Below are positions 58,736-64,000 of a stretch of 64,000 bases of DNA, piece by piece. Source of the stretch: an uncultured Alphaproteobacteria bacterium (lineage in GTDB: Bacteria; Pseudomonadota; Alphaproteobacteria; Sphingomonadales; Sphingomonadaceae); the NCBI GenBank assembly GCA_963754245.1, contig CAVWET010000002.1:178318-242317 (forward strand), given 5' to 3'. How positions within the stretch are numbered: position 1 is the stretch's first letter; the number at the start of each line of letters is the position of its first letter. Both the position numbers and the translations under genes were made by a program. The notes beneath the pieces are model-generated. The model was not told where the DNA came from. It was given only the letters and a program-made list of their open reading frames with translations, and ran no database searches.

Positions 58736-59992
58736 ATGCGCCGTGTCGTCGTGACAGGTTTAGGGCTGGTGACGCCGCTGGGTGGTGACGTCGAGACCAC
58801 TTGGCAAAACCTTATTGCTGGCAAAAGCGGCATTGGCCCGATCACGCGTTTCGACACGACCGATCAGAAGGCCAAGATTGCCGGCGAAGTGAAGCCAAAG
58901 GATCACCCTTACGGCTTTGATCCGGACAAGCGCGTCGACCACAAGGTCCAGCGCCAGGTCGATCCTTTCATCGTGTACGCGATCGACGCCGCAGGTCAGG
59001 CGATCGAGGACGCCGGTCTGACCGAAATGGACGACGATCTAAAGGAGCGTACCGGCGTCTCGATTGGCTCCGGCATTGGCGGTCTGCCGGGCATTGAAAG
59101 TGAATCGCTGGTGCTGGCGGAGAAAGGACCGGGGCGAGTCAGCCCGCACTTCGTCCACGGCCGGCTCATCAACCTCACCTCAGGCCAGGTCTCGATCAAG
59201 TATGGGCTCATGGGTCCAAACCATTCAGTGGTCACCGCCTGCTCGACCGGGGCGCACTCAATTGGTGATGCCGCGCGCATGATCAAGGACGGCGACGCCG
59301 ACATCATGCTTGCGGGCGGCGCGGAGAGCACGATCAACCCGCTCGGCGTCGCTGGGTTTGCCCAGGCGCGGGCTTTGAACATGAGCTTCAACGACCGTCC
59401 GGAGCAGGCCAGCCGCCCTTACGACAAGGCGCGCGACGGCTTCGTAATGGGTGAGGGCGCCGGCGTCGTCGTGCTCGAGGAATATGAACATGCCAAGGCG
59501 CGCGGCGCGAAGATCTACGCCGAAGTGGTCGGCTACGGCCTGTCGGGCGACGCCTATCACGTCACCGCGCCGCATCCCGAGGGTCGGGGGGCCGAGCTGG
59601 CGATGCGCATGGCGCTGAGGAAGGCCGGCCTGAAGCCCGAGGACATCGACTACGTCAATGCCCACGGCACCTCGACCATGGCCGACACGATCGAGCTCGC
59701 AGCGGTCAAGCGCGTGCTTGGCGATGACCTTCATGGTGCCTCGATGAGCAGCACCAAGTCCGCCATCGGCCACTTGTTGGGGGGTGCGGGCGCTGTCGAG
59801 GCGATCTTCTGCATCCTTGCGATCCGCGATCAGATCGTCCCGCCGACACTCAATCTCGACGATCCGGACGAGGGCACGGAAGGCGTGGACCTGGTTCCCC
59901 ACGAGGCCAAGAAGCGGCGGGTCCGTGCTGTGCTCAACAACAGCTTCGGCTTTGGCGGCACCAACGCCAGTCTGATCATGAAGGCCGTGTGA
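58736..59992 (+). CDS. fabF: Beta-ketoacyl-ACP synthase II
   Basis: RRVVVTGLG, the active-site Cys in VTACSTGAHSIGDA, NAHGTST and GHLLGGAG are present. Confidence 0.93.
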   Translation: MRRVVVTGLGLVTPLGGDVETTWQNLIAGKSGIGPITRFDTTDQKAKIAGEVKPKDHPYGFDPDKRVDHKVQRQVDPFIVYAIDAAGQAIEDAGLTEMDDDLKERTGVSIGSGIGGLPGIESESLVLAEKGPGRVSPHFVHGRLINLTSGQVSIKYGLMGPNHSVVTACSTGAHSIGDAARMIKDGDADIMLAGGAESTINPLGVAGFAQARALNMSFNDRPEQASRPYDKARDGFVMGEGAGVVVLEEYEHAKARGAKIYAEVVGYGLSGDAYHVTAPHPEGRGAELAMRMALRKAGLKPEDIDYVNAHGTSTMADTIELAAVKRVLGDDLHGASMSSTKSAIGHLLGGAGAVEAIFCILAIRDQIVPPTLNLDDPDEGTEGVDLVPHEAKKRRVRAVLNNSFGFGGTNASLIMKAV

Positions 59993-60951
59993 GGCGCACC
60001 TGGGTTGCCGTCGGCGGTATCGTCGCCGCGGCGCTTCTGATCGTCTATTTCCTCTGGTGGGCACCGGGGCCCAAGGCCGGCCCGCACGATATCATCGTCA
60101 AGGAAGGCACCACGCTCGGCTCCATCTCGCGCCAGCTGGCCAAGCAGGGCGCGATCCCGGGCACCGCGAAGACCTTTTACGTCATGGCCAGAATATTTGG
60201 CTCGCGCGATCCGATCCAGGCCGGCGAGTTCCGCATCCAAAAAGGCATGGGCGGGGCATCGGTGCTGGACCTCCTGCAGCACGGCAAGCCGGTGCAGCGT
60301 CTGATCACGATCACCGAGGGCATGCCGTCGATCATCGTCCAGGAGAGGCTCGCAGCAATCCCCTATCTCGCCGGACCGTTGCCGCCGGTCCAGGAAGGCT
60401 CGGTGCTTCCGGACAGTTATGGCTATCAGCGAGGCGAGACCAAGGCGGCCGTAGTCACGCGCATGCAGGCCGCGATGAGCAAGACGATCGATGAACTTTG
60501 GCCGAAGCGCAGTACCGACTGCCCGATTGTGATGAAAGAACAGGCCGTCATCCTGGCATCGATCGTGGAGAAGGAAACCGGCAAGGCATCCGAACGCCCA
60601 ATGATCGCCGGCGTTTATTGCAATCGCCTGCGCATCGGCATGAAACTCGATGCCGATCCGACCGTAATTTACCCAGTGACGAAGGGTAGGCCCTTGGGCC
60701 GGCGTATTCTGCGGTCGGAACTCAGCGCCGATAACGGCTACAATACGTATCGACGCGCCGGCCTTCCCGCCGGGCCGATCGCCAATCCGGGCAAGGCGAG
60801 CATCGAGGCCGTGCTTCATCCCGCGCAGACCAAGGCGCTTTATTTCGTGGCCGATGGCACCGGTGGGCATGTGTTTGCCGAGACGCTGGCGCAGCAGAAT
60901 GCCAACGTCGCGCGCTGGTTCGCGATCCGCCGCGCACGGGGCCAGATGTGA
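59989..60951 (+). CDS. mltG: Endolytic murein transglycosylase MltG (YceG)
   Basis: It has an N-terminal TM segment. EKETGKASERPMIAGVYCNRLRIGMKLDADPTVIY and YNTYRRAGLPAGPIANPG are YceG signatures. Confidence 0.9.
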   Translation: MRRTWVAVGGIVAAALLIVYFLWWAPGPKAGPHDIIVKEGTTLGSISRQLAKQGAIPGTAKTFYVMARIFGSRDPIQAGEFRIQKGMGGASVLDLLQHGKPVQRLITITEGMPSIIVQERLAAIPYLAGPLPPVQEGSVLPDSYGYQRGETKAAVVTRMQAAMSKTIDELWPKRSTDCPIVMKEQAVILASIVEKETGKASERPMIAGVYCNRLRIGMKLDADPTVIYPVTKGRPLGRRILRSELSADNGYNTYRRAGLPAGPIANPGKASIEAVLHPAQTKALYFVADGTGGHVFAETLAQQNANVARWFAIRRARGQM

Positions 60952-61277
60952 GGAACCGCGGCATCGGCCGGGCCCGCATGTTCATGGGATCATTGCTGCT
61001 GTTCGCGGCCGTTATCGCCTGGGCGATGACGCTTTGGATGAGCCCGCACGGAACTGCGGTGGCGAGCGGAACGGAGCATGTCCGCACCGTAGTGGCTACG
61101 TTCGTCCGCAATAGCGCCATTGGCTCGCTGATCCTTTGCGCGATCGCCGGGTGGATGCTTTTTCCGCAACGGCGGCCGCGCGCCCCGCGGCGCGACTGGG
61201 CAATCGGAGCAATCCTTGCGGTCCTCGTTGCGACCAGCCTCTACCAGCTGATCTGGATCCGCTCCGTCCTCAATTAG
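60948..61277 (+). CDS. Hypothetical small membrane protein (3 predicted TM)
   Basis: It has hydrophobic segments (LLLFAAVIAWAMTLW, IGSLILCAIAGWMLF, AIGAILAVLVATSLY). The GTG start overlaps the mltG stop (GTGA). Confidence 0.45.
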   Translation: MRNRGIGRARMFMGSLLLFAAVIAWAMTLWMSPHGTAVASGTEHVRTVVATFVRNSAIGSLILCAIAGWMLFPQRRPRAPRRDWAIGAILAVLVATSLYQLIWIRSVLN

Positions 61278-61678
61278 TAACCGGCGATCGCCGAGAGATG
61301 GACATAGCCGACGCGGCGATCCGTCCCGGCATAGCCCCATGCCCAACCGAGGCTGTCATCGAGCATGTCGAACTGTTCTCCTGCCTCCAGGTGTCGGACG
61401 ACGTCAGCCTCGTCTGACGGCGCTTCCCGGAGAGGCGTCGCTGTCGCAATCTCCCGCTCCACGGGCTCGGCATAATGCGACGCGATCACGCGCCCCGCGA
61501 GCGCTACGTCGGCAAGGTCTTTGCGGTAGGCGTTGAAATCGGGGTCGAGGTCGCCCGAAGGGCCGGCGAGGGCGAATTCGTCAGCGCTGGTGGGCGTAGG
61601 CCGGCGCTTGGCCGATGATCGGCCGATGGGCCGCGGGGCTGGAGTCGCCCTCGCGGAGGTTGCGTTTGAACCCTTCAA
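61274..61678 (-). CDS. Bacterial SH3-domain protein
   Basis: NAYRKDLADVALAGRVIASHYAEPV...ATPLREAPSDEADVVRHLEAGEQFDMLDDSLGWAWGY resembles the SH3b N-terminal module of NlpC/P60-associated proteins. The start is uncertain: only a TTG at 61678 is available in frame, and it overlaps marR by 98 nt. Confidence 0.55.
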   Translation of the reverse strand: MKGSNATSARATPAPRPIGRSSAKRRPTPTSADEFALAGPSGDLDPDFNAYRKDLADVALAGRVIASHYAEPVEREIATATPLREAPSDEADVVRHLEAGEQFDMLDDSLGWAWGYAGTDRRVGYVHLSAIAGY

Positions 61679-61961
61679 GAAATTCTGCCCCGTTGCTGGT
61701 GCGGACGACGAACACGTTGCGCCGGTCGTCCTGGTCTCGTTCGCGGCGGAGATAGCCGAGCGCCCCGAGCGTGTTCAAGGCACGAGTGACAACCGGTTTC
61801 GAAACGCCGAGTACGCGAGCCAGGCCGCGGACGGTGTGCGGCCCCGGTGTCAGATACACCAGCATCAACAGGGCCATCTGTCGGTTTGTGAGATCGGGTT
61901 CGCCCGATCGGACGTAGGCGATAAGGGCCTTCATCCAGCCAGTTAGCGAAACCTCGCTCAT
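61581..61961 (-). CDS. MarR-family transcriptional regulator
   Basis: LTNRQMALLMLVYLTPGPHTVRGLARVLGVSKPVVTRALNTLGALGYLRRERDQDDRRNVFV is a wHTH with a wing. The start is taken at the internal ATG 61961. Confidence 0.8.
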   Translation of the reverse strand: MSEVSLTGWMKALIAYVRSGEPDLTNRQMALLMLVYLTPGPHTVRGLARVLGVSKPVVTRALNTLGALGYLRRERDQDDRRNVFVVRTSNGAEFLEGFKRNLREGDSSPAAHRPIIGQAPAYAHQR

Positions 61962-62083
61962 AAAGATTGACTCCGTCGGGTGCCGCGTAGTTCCCAAGTA
62001 AACCGGTAAGGACGCGAAATGTTGCAGCTAACATCAGGGAAAATTGCCTTGAAAGTGAAGCAAACGGCTGAAACTGGGGCTGT

Positions 62084-63481
62084 TCAGTCGTTGGAATAAC
62101 GCTTCGACAGCGCGGCAAAAACTGTTCTGAGGCCCAAAGCATCGCCGCCTTTTGGGCGGCCGGGCTTTGCCGCATCGCGCCAGGCATAAGTGTCGAAATG
62201 TGCCCATTGGATGTCGTCCGGCACGAACTTCTTCAGGAACAAGGCGGCCGTGATGCATCCGGCCATGGGCGTGCTCGACGCGTTGGCGAAATCCGCGACA
62301 TCGCTCTTGAGCAAATCCTCGTACGGCTCCCACAGCGGCATCCGCCAGATCGGGTCTTCCACGTTGCGCGCAGCCTGTTCAACGGGCTCCGCAAGTTCGT
62401 CGGAGTTGGCGAAGAACGCGGGTAAGTCCGGTCCCAAGGCGACGCGGGCCGCCCCTGTCAGGGTTGCGAAGTCGACGATCAGCTCCGGCTTTCCCTCGAC
62501 GGCCTTCGTCAGAGCGTCGGCGAGGACGAGCCGACCTTCGGCATCGGTGTTGTCGATCTCGACGAATGTTCCCTTTCGGGACTTCACGACGTCTCCCGGA
62601 CGATAGCTCGCAGCCGACACGGCATTTTCCACCGCGGGGATCAGGAGATGCAAGTGGATCGGCAACCGCTCAGCCATGACCAAGCGCGCGAGCGCGAGGG
62701 CGTGCGCTGCTCCTCCCATGTCCTTCTTCATGAGCCGCATGCCCGCAGCCGGCTTCAGATCGAGCCCTCCGCTGTCGAAGCAGACGCCCTTGCCGATGAC
62801 CGCCACGCGCGGGTCGCCCGGTTTGCCCCATTCGAGTTCAATGAGCCGCGGGCCCCTTTCTGAGGTCGCCGCGCCTCCGACCGCCGCGATGAGCGGATAG
62901 CCGTCGGTCAGCTCACCGCCCGTAGTCACTCGAAGCTGGACGCCACCCGTCTTTGCCACTGCTCGTGCTGCTTCTTCGAGCTCGGCTGGCCCCAGGTCGG
63001 CAGCCGGCGTGTTGACGAGGTCGCGGACCAACGCTGTCGCTTGCGCAAGCCGGACAGTCTCCTCGATTCGCGCCACCTCGCCAGTGACGAGCACGCGCGC
63101 GCCACGTTCGGGCTCCTCCTTCTTTGAGCGATATTCATCGAAGTGGTGCTGCGCGAGCAGCCAGCCGAGCGCTGCGGGTCCGGGTTCGCCCTTGGCGAGC
63201 TTGTACGTTCCTTCGGGCAAGCTCTCGGCAAGCTTCGCCAGGCACCAGGGCGACAGGGACGCAGCATTCTTGACCGTGCTCACGAGCTCGAACTCGCCGC
63301 CGCGCGGCAGGAGAACGAACTCGAATCCGGTCTTCCCCTCGAACCTGTTCGCCTCGAGCAGCGCCCGGTCCTCGGCTGGCCGCTTCTTCACCCAGGCAGG
63401 GAAAGTCTGCTTGTCGACCAAGTGGATTGCACGGGCTCTCTGCCCGCGGTCGGCAAGCAAAAGCTTTGAAAAGTCCATCAT
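62084..63481 (-). CDS. M17 leucyl aminopeptidase family protein
   Basis: VIGKGVCFDSGGLDLKP and the M17 signature NTDAEGRLVLADAL are present. Confidence 0.9.
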   Translation of the reverse strand: MMDFSKLLLADRGQRARAIHLVDKQTFPAWVKKRPAEDRALLEANRFEGKTGFEFVLLPRGGEFELVSTVKNAASLSPWCLAKLAESLPEGTYKLAKGEPGPAALGWLLAQHHFDEYRSKKEEPERGARVLVTGEVARIEETVRLAQATALVRDLVNTPAADLGPAELEEAARAVAKTGGVQLRVTTGGELTDGYPLIAAVGGAATSERGPRLIELEWGKPGDPRVAVIGKGVCFDSGGLDLKPAAGMRLMKKDMGGAAHALALARLVMAERLPIHLHLLIPAVENAVSAASYRPGDVVKSRKGTFVEIDNTDAEGRLVLADALTKAVEGKPELIVDFATLTGAARVALGPDLPAFFANSDELAEPVEQAARNVEDPIWRMPLWEPYEDLLKSDVADFANASSTPMAGCITAALFLKKFVPDDIQWAHFDTYAWRDAAKPGRPKGGDALGLRTVFAALSKRYSND

Positions 63482-64000
63482 TCGCCAGGCGTGACCAGGA
63501 ATTGCTCGATGCGCCCCATCGCGCCCGGTTCGTAGAATGTCGAGAGGTTGAGCGAGCGACCCGGATACGTGATCGTGTACCCCTGAATGACGAAGCCGCC
63601 CCGCAAGATCGGGTCCCCGTTCAGTTCAAATGAGGTCGGCTCGCCGAGCAGGCCGAGGCTGGAGCCGTAATCGGCAATCACGACCGGCGTGAAATAGTAA
63701 TTGGCGTTCTCGGTCAGCTGCGAGCGGTTCAGGCGGCCAGCCCGAAGCTGGTCGTACAGCGCCCGCGCTCGATCCAGTTGGGCGAGGACAATGGCGCCCT
63801 GCGGCGTCGCCGGGGGCAGGATGAGCCGAGCGATGTCCCGTGCGATGCGGGTGTAGGCCCCGCCCGACCAGCTGTTGGTCAGGACGACGACGGCAGCCTT
63901 ATTGTCCGGATAGACGTTGTTCGCCGACAGGAAGCCAACCGCTTCGCCGGTGTGCGAGATCGTCCGGCGCGGAACCGTGCGGACGGAGACTCCAAGCCCA
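63478..64000 (-). CDS. Beta-lactamase-related serine hydrolase, C-terminal part (5' end outside the window)
   Basis: Manual translation of the minus strand from the window edge reads continuously: ...RRTISHTGEAVGFLSANNVYPDNKAAVVVLTN (HTG = KTG-like box) ... down to the listed ORF 63478..63681. The stop overlaps the M17 start. Confidence 0.65.
   Translation of the reverse strand, partial: GLGVSVRTVPRRTISHTGEAVGFLSANNVYPDNKAAVVVLTNSWSGGAYTRIARDIARLILPPATPQGAIVLAQLDRARALYDQLRAGRLNRSQLTENANYYFTPVVIADYGSSLGLLGEPTSFELNGDPILRGGFVIQGYTITYPGRSLNLSTFYEPGAMGRIEQFLVTPGE

Noticed and set aside
59830-60870. 346-aa ORF antisense to fabF/mltG
   Set aside because: It is antisense to two strongly supported genes and has no motifs.

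Overview
GC-rich chromosomal segment with alphaproteobacterial, Sphingomonadales-like gene content and synteny; the taxon is an inference. It is almost entirely housekeeping genes in compact, often translationally coupled operons. These include priA, purC, parC, cca-nudix-DUF1285, SDR-folB, tonB-exbB-exbD-exbD, glmU-glmS, alr, nth-dapB, lepB-rnc-era, pgi, gor, DUF484-xerC, gshB, rsmI-yraN, rph-rdgB-hemW, hrcA-grpE and acpP-fabF-mltG. I found no tRNA, rRNA, CRISPR array, transposase, phage integrase or recognisable defence island. The most striking property is technical or evolutionary. At least 14 genes, several normally essential, switch reading frame mid-gene, and tonB carries an in-frame amber codon. 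The disruptions are often at short homopolymers, so I read most of them as indel sequencing errors. The exception may be a local hot spot in the telA / xpaC-like / PDZ-membrane-protein operon (about 39.1-40.5 kb), which could be genuine decay. I do not see a convincing new multi-gene system. The best candidates for follow-up are: (1) a TonB-dependent receptor with a 52-aa polyPro-Cys-X11-Cys-polyPro tail after its normal terminal Phe, 5 nt upstream of a Tat-signal flavoprotein oxidase; (2) a polytopic PDZ membrane protein with no output domain, linked to telA and xpaC; (3) an orphan tadG/tadE/tadE minor-pilin operon and a separate flp pilin gene, with no Tad secretion machinery in the window; (4) two tiny ORFs divergent from a LysR regulator. 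All product calls rest on motifs read by eye. No database search was run.
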